Virus record (IMG/VR): IMGVR_UViG_3300049170_000126
Coordinates: 1-55,377 of that record
DNA length: 55,377 bases
Strand: one strand, 5' to 3'
Source: a virus
Taxonomy: Duplodnaviria > Caudoviricetes
The position numbers and the translations under genes were made by a program. Below the pieces are notes generated by a model that saw only the letters and a list, made by a program, of their open reading frames with translations, was not told where the DNA came from and ran no database searches. Positions 1-7,848 of this stretch are shown piece after piece. Position 1 is the stretch's first letter, and every line of letters starts with the position of its first letter.

Positions 1-522
1 ATGCGCGCACCTCGATTCCAAGCCTGGATCACTGACCTCGTCGACACCAACCTTCCGCCGGACGTGAAGCGGATCCCGTGGGCGGACACCGGCATCGTGG
101 CCGACAAGGGCATGGCCGACTGGACCCTCGGGCTGGTGTTCGAGGCCCCGAGTGGTGGCGTCGCCTACCTGCAGCTCGTCCACGGCGGTGGCCCCAAGGG
201 CGACACCTTCGACAAGCCGGAGGAGATCGTCGAGGGCGAGCCGCCGGCACCTGTCGCGCCCGTCGAGCTGACCGTTACCGAGGGCCGGCTGCGCATGGCC
301 GACCTCGAGGCATGGATCACGGCCCTGATCATCAACGCGCAGAACCGCGAGGTCGCCTCCGTCACGCGGTTCTCCGAGCGCGACCCGAAGGGATTCCACC
401 CGTTCGGGTTCAGCGTCAAGTGGCACAGCGGCGCAGCCGCGTACGGCCACCTCAGGTACACCCTCGCACCCGGCGAGCGGCGGTCAGAAGGCACCGAGTG
501 GCGGATCAAGGAGACGGTTTGA
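1..522 (+). CDS. Hypothetical protein with internal two-fold repeat (accessory gene)
   Basis: 173-aa ORF with strong GC3 bias; TGA overlaps the next ATG. Confidence 0.8.
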   Translation: MRAPRFQAWITDLVDTNLPPDVKRIPWADTGIVADKGMADWTLGLVFEAPSGGVAYLQLVHGGGPKGDTFDKPEEIVEGEPPAPVAPVELTVTEGRLRMADLEAWITALIINAQNREVASVTRFSERDPKGFHPFGFSVKWHSGAAAYGHLRYTLAPGERRSEGTEWRIKETV

Positions 523-647
523 TGGCTACCAGCAAGTGCAGGAGTTGCGGCCAGGTCGTGGGCATCGTGGGCGGCGTACTGGCCACTCACCAGAAAGGCG
601 GATCCGGTACGGGGACCTGCCCAGGCTCGGGCAGCTCGCCGAGCTAG
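522..647 (+). CDS. 41-aa Cys/His zinc-ribbon-like peptide
   Basis: TGATG coupling at 520-524; MATSKCRSCGQVVGIVGGVLATHQKGGSGTGTCPGSG (CxxC...H...C); followed by a terminator. Confidence 0.65.
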   Translation: MATSKCRSCGQVVGIVGGVLATHQKGGSGTGTCPGSGSSPS

Positions 648-661
648 ACGCCCCACATGAC

Positions 662-700
662 GAAGGCCCCCGCCTCCCAGGAAGGGAGGCGGGGGCCTTC
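662..700. terminator. Intrinsic terminator hairpin between convergent genes
   Basis: Perfect 17-bp stem GAAGGCCCCCGCCTCCC / GGGAGGCGGGGGCCTTC with a 5-nt loop. Confidence 0.8.
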
Positions 701-829
701 TGGCATCCCGGGACGCGACGGATGTGCCCGGGGATGTGGAGGGGCGCCATGGCACGGTCCGCCTGCCGCAGACTACGGCCGGCCACGGACCTAATTTGCC
801 GAATACGGCTTCTTTCGCCCGGGTGAAAG

Positions 830-1123
830 TCAGGCACTCGGCCGCCGCCGGCGGACGTCGGACAGGTGGATCCACACGCCGTGGGTCCACCGGCGATGGT
901 CGAGGACCTCGACCAGAACGAGACGGCCGAACCAGGCGTAGGCGGTGGTGTCCAGGAGCTCCAGGCCGTCGCGCTCCCACACCAGCTGTGCCGTGACCGG
1001 GATGCGGCAGTCGTGCTGGCGGCCCCGGGGTGGGATCGGGAACGCGTTGAGGATCTCCTGCCACTCGTTGCGGTAGGAGTCCCAGCTGGCATGGCTCGGG
1101 TCGTGGAAGGCCGGTCCGGTCAC
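830..1123 (-). CDS. Hypothetical protein (~97 aa), probably leaderless and SOS-regulated
   Basis: Coding-like 3' part of ORF 830..1258; GTG lies 6 nt after a CATACT -10 that overlaps a LexA-like box. Confidence 0.65.
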   Translation of the reverse strand: MTGPAFHDPSHASWDSYRNEWQEILNAFPIPPRGRQHDCRIPVTAQLVWERDGLELLDTTAYAWFGRLVLVEVLDHRRWTHGVWIHLSDVRRRRPSA

Positions 1124-1133
1124 GGCACCAGTA

Positions 1134-1149
1134 TGCAACGCGTGTTCGA
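1134..1149. promoter_or_regulatory. LexA (SOS) box-like site
   Basis: TGCAACGCGTGTTCGA matches 10 of 12 defined positions of the actinobacterial consensus TCGAAC-N4-GTTCGA. Confidence 0.55.
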
Positions 1150-1173
1150 TTCCGCGAAGGTCCGGACATGGCA

Positions 1174-1208
1174 AGAGACCCCCACCGCTCGAGGCGGTGG
1201 GGGTCTCT
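1174..1208 (-). terminator. Terminator at the end of the lysis/late operon
   Basis: 15-bp perfect stem AGAGACCCCCACCGC / GCGGTGGGGGTCTCT just downstream of the holin stop. Confidence 0.8.
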
Positions 1209-1238
1209 CTTCGACTCCTGGGCGGTGTCAGGGGCAGG

Positions 1239-1652
1239 TTACTCGCGGGGACTGACACTCACGTTGAGGGTCCGCACGGGTGCGAGCGTCGGTACCGCGT
1301 TCGGCACGATCCCGACCGAGACGGCGCCGAGCACGGCGATCAGGATCAGTAGCCAGCCGCTGGTCGTGATCGTGCCTGCAGTCGCGAGCGGGATCGCAGC
1401 CTGAACACCGGTGCCGATGATGGCGACGCCGGCCTTCGCGTACCGCCCGGCACCGTCGGGCAGGTTCGGCACCAGGTAGACGCCGACGGCCGTAACGCCG
1501 GCGACGGAGATACCGAGCAGCTCGACGAGCGTAACGACGTCGTCGGTTAGCGCGGTCACGAGCAGCGCGAGCACAGCGGTGGCGATCGCCACGAGCGCCT
1601 TGGCGTACTTGCCGGGGAGCTCGACGGGTTCGAACTCGACGGGGTTGGACAT
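1239..1652 (-). CDS. Holin
   Basis: 137 aa with four hydrophobic segments in a duplicated (YAKA...VPN) arrangement, directly after the endolysin. Confidence 0.8.
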   Translation of the reverse strand: MSNPVEFEPVELPGKYAKALVAIATAVLALLVTALTDDVVTLVELLGISVAGVTAVGVYLVPNLPDGAGRYAKAGVAIIGTGVQAAIPLATAGTITTSGWLLILIAVLGAVSVGIVPNAVPTLAPVRTLNVSVSPRE

Positions 1653-1653
1653 G

Positions 1654-2559
1654 TCAGAGCCTTCCTTCGTTCAGTCGGCGCTGGAGCGCGCGGACAGTTT
1701 CGGACGGGTTCCAGATCTCGCCGTCGACGACGTCGACGCCGAGGTGGCGCTGCAGGCGGCGGATGCTGTCGGGCCCGAGGATGCCGTCACGCCCGGCGCC
1801 GATGCGGTCCTGCAGCGCGGTGATCATGAGGGACCCGCGCGGGTCGCGGACCCACTGCCAGCCCGTGGTCAGGCCGGGGTTGGCGTCGCGCCAGCGCAGG
1901 GCCTGCGAGGACACGCGGCCGTCGGCCGGGGTGCCGAGCTCGTCCTGCAGTGCCCACGTGGTGGAGCTGCCCCACCGGCCGTCGACGACCAGGCCGCCGC
2001 CCGGCTTCGGGCCGGGCTTCGGCGCCGACGGCTTCGACGGCTTCGGGTTGCTCACCGGCTGGCCACCGGCGCGGATCTCGTCGAGCCGGGCGCGCACGTG
2101 CCGGCCGGGGCACGCGGTCTGCGACACGTCGACGTGGCTACGCAGCGGAGCCGCCGAGCGCCACCACTTCCCCTTGCCGCCGTGGTAGATCCGGCGCGCT
2201 GTCGCGATCTGCGCGTCGGTCGGCTTGTGCACCTCGTAGTTGCCGGCGAAGCAGATGGACCGCGCCGTGCTGTTCCGCCCGCCGGTGTGGGTGCCGCGAC
2301 GGTTCCAGGAAACGCCCTGGTAGACGCGGCCCGACGGGAAGATCACCACGTTGTACGAGATCCCGGTCCCGAACCGGGACTGGCCGACCGCCTCGAGGCG
2401 GCGCATCTGCTCCTCCTCGTCTGCGACGCTCGCATTGGGCGAGAGCTGCGTCGTCACCGAGTGGTGCGCGAACACCTCGGCCGCCAGGCCGGACAGGGTC
2501 AGGTCACCGTCCGGGTACCGGGCGCCCCAGCTGCTGCGGGAACGGATCTCTTCGGTCAT
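1654..2559 (-). CDS. Endolysin, N-acetylmuramoyl-L-alanine amidase (PGRP/Amidase_2) with peptidoglycan-binding repeats
   Basis: SRSSWGA, FAHHS, ISYN, GTHT, SHVDVSQTACPG motifs; C-terminal VDGRWG/DGILGP repeats; GGAGGT RBS before the ATG at 2559. Confidence 0.92.
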   Translation of the reverse strand: MTEEIRSRSSWGARYPDGDLTLSGLAAEVFAHHSVTTQLSPNASVADEEEQMRRLEAVGQSRFGTGISYNVVIFPSGRVYQGVSWNRRGTHTGGRNSTARSICFAGNYEVHKPTDAQIATARRIYHGGKGKWWRSAAPLRSHVDVSQTACPGRHVRARLDEIRAGGQPVSNPKPSKPSAPKPGPKPGGGLVVDGRWGSSTTWALQDELGTPADGRVSSQALRWRDANPGLTTGWQWVRDPRGSLMITALQDRIGAGRDGILGPDSIRRLQRHLGVDVVDGEIWNPSETVRALQRRLNEGRL

Positions 2560-2561
2560 GT

Positions 2562-2891
2562 CTACCTCCGGGTCTTGGACAGGGTCACGGCCACCGACAC
2601 GAGCGCGGCCATCGCGGCGAAGCCAGCGGCCTCGCGACGGGCGCGCCACCGGCGGGCCGGCTCGTCGGCGATGTAGTCGTCGAGCTTGGACTCGATGCGG
2701 TCGGTGCCGTCTTTCATCGACCCGCCGCCGTTGTTGGTCACCTGGTGCTCCACGTTCTTCGTGGCGCGCAGCCCGCGCCACTGACCGACGACGATCACGA
2801 GCGCGCCCACGACGTAGGCCGCGAGCGCCGGCCAGGAGTTGACCGCGGACGCCGGGTCGGGGACGGCGGCCGCGGCGAGGAGGTCAGGCAT
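2562..2891 (-). CDS. Membrane protein of the lysis cassette (DUF2746-like)
   Basis: N-terminal TM helix, QVTNNGGGSMKD motif, coiled coil, second hydrophobic stretch. Confidence 0.7.
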   Translation of the reverse strand: MPDLLAAAAVPDPASAVNSWPALAAYVVGALVIVVGQWRGLRATKNVEHQVTNNGGGSMKDGTDRIESKLDDYIADEPARRWRARREAAGFAAMAALVSVAVTLSKTRR

Positions 2892-3072
2892 CCGTCGCCT
2901 GCTGGTGCTGCGCGAGCAGGGCCTCTGCGCGCTCGGCGCGGACGCGCCAGATGCCGTATCGGACGGCGTCGGGGTGGCTCTCCTGCAGTACCCGGAGGAT
3001 GTCTGCGGCGTCGATCGTCACGGTCTGCGGCGGCTGCTGCTGGGCCTGGGCCTGGGGCTGGTCAGTCGTCAT
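2884..3072 (-). CDS. Small hypothetical protein
   Basis: 62-aa ORF overlapping both neighbours in the late operon. Confidence 0.6.
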   Translation of the reverse strand: MTTDQPQAQAQQQPPQTVTIDAADILRVLQESHPDAVRYGIWRVRAERAEALLAQHQQATDA

Positions 3073-6000
3073 CAGAGTTCTCCTCGGGGAGGTGGGGGTC
3101 GTCGCCGGGCTCCGCGAGCGCCGGCGTCGTGGGGGTCGTCGGGGTCGTTGTGCTGGTGCGTTGCTGTTGCGCCACCTCGGTCGGGTGGTCGGGCGGCACG
3201 GCGGGGCGGTGCTCGGCCGGCGCAGGGGTGGGCGTGGGTGGTGTCGCGGGGCCTGGTGGCGGGATGGCGACGACGTCCCCGGTAGCCGTCGCTGCGGCGA
3301 TCGCCGTCGTCGACGTGTGCGCCTGGGTGGTGAGTGGGGCGGGGGTGCCTTCGAGGGCGGCGAGGCGGGCGTCGTGTTCCTTGGCCCACTCGATCAGGCC
3401 GATGATGAAGGCCCGGTCGTTGATGTTGCGTGGGGTGCCGTCGGCCTCGTACGACACGGCCTCGACGAGTCCGGCGTCGTGGACCTCCTCGGCGACGAGG
3501 CCGACGTACCTGTTGGTGGTCTCGGGTGTGTCGGCCACCTCGTCCCGTGCCCGCCAGGAGCGCGGTCGGAGCGCTCGCATCGCGTCCAGGTTGATGACGT
3601 GGTCCTCGACGTCCTGCTTGAATCGCCGCGACGAGGAGCTCCACCCGATGCGGCCGTCCGAGGATCGGCGCACTACGGAGTCGCCTGCGGTGACGCCCGC
3701 GTTCTTGAACAGGTAGAGGCTGCCGTAGTCCATGGACGCGACGAGGTCGTTGCCACCGACGAACTCGATGCGGCGGTCGCCGCTGACGCCCGTCCCGAAC
3801 TTGAGCTGCACGACGCCGGAGCTCGGCCCGGCCGAGATGAAGGCGGATCCGGAGCCGTCTCCCGCGGACAGCTGCGCCTGGCCGTCGACGAGGTTGAGGC
3901 GCGAGCCGAGGCCGCCGCCGGGGCCGTACTGCCCGAGCCACATGCGGGTGGTCGAGAAGTCCGCGTAGCCGCGGACGACGGTCCCGCTGATGTCGTAGGA
4001 CCGGATCTGTATTCCGCTCGTGCCGCGGCTGGAGATGTTGACTAGACCGTTCGTGCCCGACGTGGACCGGAGCGAGACGTCGTCGCCCCAGATGCTGACG
4101 GCATCGACGGGCGAGTCCTGGTGCCCGATGTAGACGAGCTTCTGCCCCGTGCCCTGGACCCAGTAGGTGCGCAGGATGTCCGGGAACGCGCCCGCATCCT
4201 CGTCGGAGTAGACGAACAACTGCCCCTGCGAGATGTAGGTAGCGGTCCGCCCGGACGGGTACGAGCTGCGGATGTACCCGCCGTCGAGCGCGAGCATCCG
4301 CATCAGCTCGGTACCTGCGGCGTCGCGAAGCCACAGCCCCGGCACGTTCGCCGAGCTGACCTGTAGCGAGACCCGCCAGTTGGGCGAGGCCGCGTCGTAC
4401 AGCCAGATGCCCGGGAACCCGCTCGTGCCTGACAGGTAGATGCGTGCACCGGACTCCGCGGTCTGGACCACGGAGCCCGTGATGATCATTCCGTCGACCG
4501 CGCCGGCCGCAACGCTGTTCGCGGTGACCGAGTCGGCCGCCATGTGCCGCGCCTTAACCGCCCCGTCAACGACCAGCTCCGCGTCGGCCATGCGGACTGC
4601 TGCAAAGTCGTCTAGGAACAGCGTGCCGACGGTGTGATTGGCGACCCACGTCGGGCGCAGCGCGGTGATCGACCCATCGTCGGGCACGGTGATGGACACG
4701 CTGATGCGCGTCCACGTCTCACTGAGAGGGAACGCGGCAGCGGTGAGGATCGCGTTCGCCTGGTTCCCGATGCGCATCTTTCCGTTGCTCGGCGTGCCGT
4801 TGTAGCCGGCGGACGTCCTCACCCAGCACGAGAACAGCCACGACGACCCCGGCTCAACGGGGATCGATACCACAGCGGGCGTCAGCACCGTTCCAGAACT
4901 TGCGTCGGCGACGACCTGCACATACTGAGTCCCCGAGTGCGGGTCGGTGGTTGCGATGGACGCCCGTGGGCTAGCAGTCCACGCAGCGAAGCCGTCCTCG
5001 AACCCCGGGTTCGCCAACGCGTTCGTCACGTTCGCGATGAGCACCCGGTTGCCCGGCACGGTCCACGGCTCCAGCCGGTTGCCGTCCACCGGGCCGGTCA
5101 GTGCCTGGTCGATCGCTTCGTTGACCGCGGCGTCGATGTCGTCCGCTGCGGTCGACCGTGCGGCGATCGGGGCCGAGACGACCGACCAGTCCGAGGCGTT
5201 GTCCGAGGTGTCGACCGACCGCAGGCGGAAGTACCGGTTCTCGCCGTAGGGCTGGTCCTGGACCAGCAGCGCGCCCTCGATCGGCAGCGACCCGATCACC
5301 GCCGACGGCGTCGTCGTGTCCCCCATCGCGATCTCGACGTGCTTGAAGTCCGCGTCCATCGCCGTGCCCGTACCGGACAGCCCATCCCACGACACCGTGA
5401 TGACACCGACCCGTGACGACACCGCCGGCGTCGACGGGACCGCCGGCGGGGTGACGTCCGCCGCCACCGTGACCGGCACGGCCGCGGACCACACGCCCGG
5501 CTTCGTCGTGTACTGGCCGCGCGCACGCACCCGCACCTCGAGCTCGTCGCCCGGCTCGTACGGCGACCCCTCCCACGACGAATCGTCCGAGGACCCGACC
5601 ACGGCCCACGCGCCCGCCGGCTCACGCAGGGCGACGTCGTACCCCACGACGTCAAGCACGGTCGAGTCGGTGGCCGTCGTGACGTCCGACCATGCCGCGT
5701 TGATCAGGCCGTGGGCCTGCCCGTCGGTGCCGATGTACGCATTGGAGCCGACCACCAGGCCGAGCGGCGCGGACGGCGTCCGCCGGTCCTGGCTCGTCGG
5801 GTCGGCCGGCCGGCCACCACCAGCACCGCCGGCGGTCGACCCGCCCACGATCCCGGCCTGCCGCTTGGCACGCCTCAGCTCCGCGTCGAGCACACGGTCG
5901 TGCAGGACCACCGACCCGCCCACGACACCGGGGCCCCAGGCGAGCGTGATCTGCTGCACCCGCACCCGCTCCGACGCGACCGTGGTCGGTGCCAGGATCC

Positions 6001-7015
6001 ACGCCCCGGGCAGGTAGTCGACCATCGGCCAGAACACGCCCGGCTGGTCGCCGGCGTCGCCGTCGTCGCGCAGCACCAGGCCACGCGTGAACTGCTGCCG
6101 GGTCCGGCCGGTGCGGTCCATCTCGGCCTGCACCAGTGACGTTGCCGTGCCGGGGTCGGACACACCGCCCTGCTCGATGTACCCCTCCCACGGTCCCCAC
6201 GGCGTCGGCGCCGTCGGGTTGTCGACCGTGAGCGTCAGACCGTTGTCGCCGCGCAACAGCACTCGGGAGACGAGGTCCTCGATCGACTGGTCCGAAGGTG
6301 CCTCGGTCATGTCCAGGCCGAGCTGCAGCGCGACGGGGTTAGCACCCACCGTCAGGTCCGGGGCGAGCGCCGTATCCGGGTTGTACAACAGCAGCTCGCG
6401 CGCGGCCGTACGCCAGTCGCACATCCCCTGTGCGGCCAGGTTCTCCAGCACGGCCATCGTCGAGATGCCCGGCTCGTAGTACAGCGTGGACACCAGACCC
6501 CACGCCTGGCCGGCGGAGTCCACCCCGGTGTCGAACCCCAGGGCCAGCGGGACACCACCGCGTACGGCGTTCTCCTGCTGCAGCGTGGCCACGATCAGGC
6601 CCGCCGACGCCGACAGGAACGGGCGCTTGCCTGCCTGGCTGTGCTCCTCCGGCAGGATGTCGTCCAGGTTCAGCAGCCGCGCCTTGTTCAGCAGCCACCC
6701 GTACGACGGAGCGGTCACGTCGAGCGTGAGGGTCTTGTCCGCGATGTCGTCCTTGCTCGCCACCCACAGGAACCGTGCACCGTCAGGTTCGACCCAGGCC
6801 CCGGCATGGTTGACGACCTCGACCGCCAGCTCGAGCCCATCGGACAGGGCACGGTCCAGGAACCCGCCGGCCAGCGCGAGCCGCGAGTACTTCGCCGACA
6901 GTGCGCCGACGTCGTTGTGCGGGAACGCTGCCGTTGCCGACAGCGGCTCCGGCATCGGGCCCAGCCAGGCGCCCGCCGGCTCGTACGCCTGCAGGCGCAC
7001 ACCGAACATCGCCAT
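3062..7015 (-). CDS. Large minor tail/tail fibre protein (hub, FN3-like and CBM-like domains, C-terminal S74 intramolecular chaperone)
   Basis: 1317 aa after the distal tail gene; DRRTPSAP/DVTPPAVP FN3-type starts; NALANPGFEDG CBM4/9-like start; SSSRRFKQDV...GLVAEEV chaperone motif. Confidence 0.9.
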   Translation of the reverse strand: MAMFGVRLQAYEPAGAWLGPMPEPLSATAAFPHNDVGALSAKYSRLALAGGFLDRALSDGLELAVEVVNHAGAWVEPDGARFLWVASKDDIADKTLTLDVTAPSYGWLLNKARLLNLDDILPEEHSQAGKRPFLSASAGLIVATLQQENAVRGGVPLALGFDTGVDSAGQAWGLVSTLYYEPGISTMAVLENLAAQGMCDWRTAARELLLYNPDTALAPDLTVGANPVALQLGLDMTEAPSDQSIEDLVSRVLLRGDNGLTLTVDNPTAPTPWGPWEGYIEQGGVSDPGTATSLVQAEMDRTGRTRQQFTRGLVLRDDGDAGDQPGVFWPMVDYLPGAWILAPTTVASERVRVQQITLAWGPGVVGGSVVLHDRVLDAELRRAKRQAGIVGGSTAGGAGGGRPADPTSQDRRTPSAPLGLVVGSNAYIGTDGQAHGLINAAWSDVTTATDSTVLDVVGYDVALREPAGAWAVVGSSDDSSWEGSPYEPGDELEVRVRARGQYTTKPGVWSAAVPVTVAADVTPPAVPSTPAVSSRVGVITVSWDGLSGTGTAMDADFKHVEIAMGDTTTPSAVIGSLPIEGALLVQDQPYGENRYFRLRSVDTSDNASDWSVVSAPIAARSTAADDIDAAVNEAIDQALTGPVDGNRLEPWTVPGNRVLIANVTNALANPGFEDGFAAWTASPRASIATTDPHSGTQYVQVVADASSGTVLTPAVVSIPVEPGSSWLFSCWVRTSAGYNGTPSNGKMRIGNQANAILTAAAFPLSETWTRISVSITVPDDGSITALRPTWVANHTVGTLFLDDFAAVRMADAELVVDGAVKARHMAADSVTANSVAAGAVDGMIITGSVVQTAESGARIYLSGTSGFPGIWLYDAASPNWRVSLQVSSANVPGLWLRDAAGTELMRMLALDGGYIRSSYPSGRTATYISQGQLFVYSDEDAGAFPDILRTYWVQGTGQKLVYIGHQDSPVDAVSIWGDDVSLRSTSGTNGLVNISSRGTSGIQIRSYDISGTVVRGYADFSTTRMWLGQYGPGGGLGSRLNLVDGQAQLSAGDGSGSAFISAGPSSGVVQLKFGTGVSGDRRIEFVGGNDLVASMDYGSLYLFKNAGVTAGDSVVRRSSDGRIGWSSSSRRFKQDVEDHVINLDAMRALRPRSWRARDEVADTPETTNRYVGLVAEEVHDAGLVEAVSYEADGTPRNINDRAFIIGLIEWAKEHDARLAALEGTPAPLTTQAHTSTTAIAAATATGDVVAIPPPGPATPPTPTPAPAEHRPAVPPDHPTEVAQQQRTSTTTPTTPTTPALAEPGDDPHLPEENSDDD

Positions 7016-7029
7016 GAGACCCCCTCAGA

Positions 7030-7848
7030 TCAGAAGTAAGCGGGGCGCGCACGCACCGCGAGCGCCGTCGTGGGTCCGAACCCGGTGCCGGACACGGTGA
7101 GCTTCGTACGCCGGTCTGCCGGGTCGGTGCCCTCCATGCGGGGGCGCAGCTGGAGCCGCCCGGGGCCGGGGTAGTTCAGTGGGCTGGTCGACGCTGGCGG
7201 CGACCACGCCGAGGCCGTGCCTACCCACGTGCGGAGGGATGCCGCGTCCAGGAACCGGTACTGCGTGTCCGCGAGCGTGGCCCCTGCCCAGGACAGGCCC
7301 GTGCCGGTGGCCTCGTCGACGAGGTCGATCGAGCCGGCGGGTCCCCGCACCCGGGCGACTGCATCCACGATCGGTGCCGTGCCGCCTGCGAGCTCAGCCA
7401 GGGTTACGGTCGTCGGCGGAGCGACGACCGTCGCGGCCGTGGTGATCTCGGGGCCGCGGAAGAACACGCCCGGTAGGGCGAGGACCACGGTTGCCGTCGC
7501 CTTCGCGGACACGTCGGTGAAGTTGGACCAGTCGATGTCCTCGAGCTCGGCCGGCTGGGTGGCGACGATCCCGTTGCCGCCCGTGCGTGTCACCGTCAGC
7601 TCCTGCGCGGAGAGCAGCGATTCGAGCTCGTCGGCCGCGTCGTCCAGGTCTGCGAGGGTGGACCGCAGCGGTTCCAGGACGAGCGTGAGCGGCGGGGCCT
7701 CGAACACGGGCAGGCCCACGGGGATGAACCCGTGCCGGTTGGGGATCTCCAGTCGTTCGCCTCGCCGCGTTACCTTGACTCGCCAGTTCGACGCCTCGTC
7801 GACGAACCACCGGTCCGCGTCTACACCGGACAGTGACCAGGTCGTCAT
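7030..7848 (-). CDS. Distal tail (Dit-like) protein
   Basis: 272 aa immediately after the tape measure gene; EIPNRHG start and ARPAYF end typical of the family. Confidence 0.8.
   Translation of the reverse strand: MTTWSLSGVDADRWFVDEASNWRVKVTRRGERLEIPNRHGFIPVGLPVFEAPPLTLVLEPLRSTLADLDDAADELESLLSAQELTVTRTGGNGIVATQPAELEDIDWSNFTDVSAKATATVVLALPGVFFRGPEITTAATVVAPPTTVTLAELAGGTAPIVDAVARVRGPAGSIDLVDEATGTGLSWAGATLADTQYRFLDAASLRTWVGTASAWSPPASTSPLNYPGPGRLQLRPRMEGTDPADRRTKLTVSGTGFGPTTALAVRARPAYF

Noticed and set aside
522-647. RiPP precursor peptide (Gly/Ser/Cys-rich)
   Set aside because: No modifying enzymes or transporter visible nearby; the CxxC..H..C spacing fits a zinc ribbon better.
793-803. TTTGCCGAAT shared (inverted) with the integrase upstream region near 32135-32144
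   Set aside because: Only a 10-bp match with two copies; not enough to call a binding site.
3062-7015. Diversity-generating retroelement or invertible tail-fibre cassette
   Set aside because: No reverse transcriptase, invertase or template/variable repeat pair was seen.
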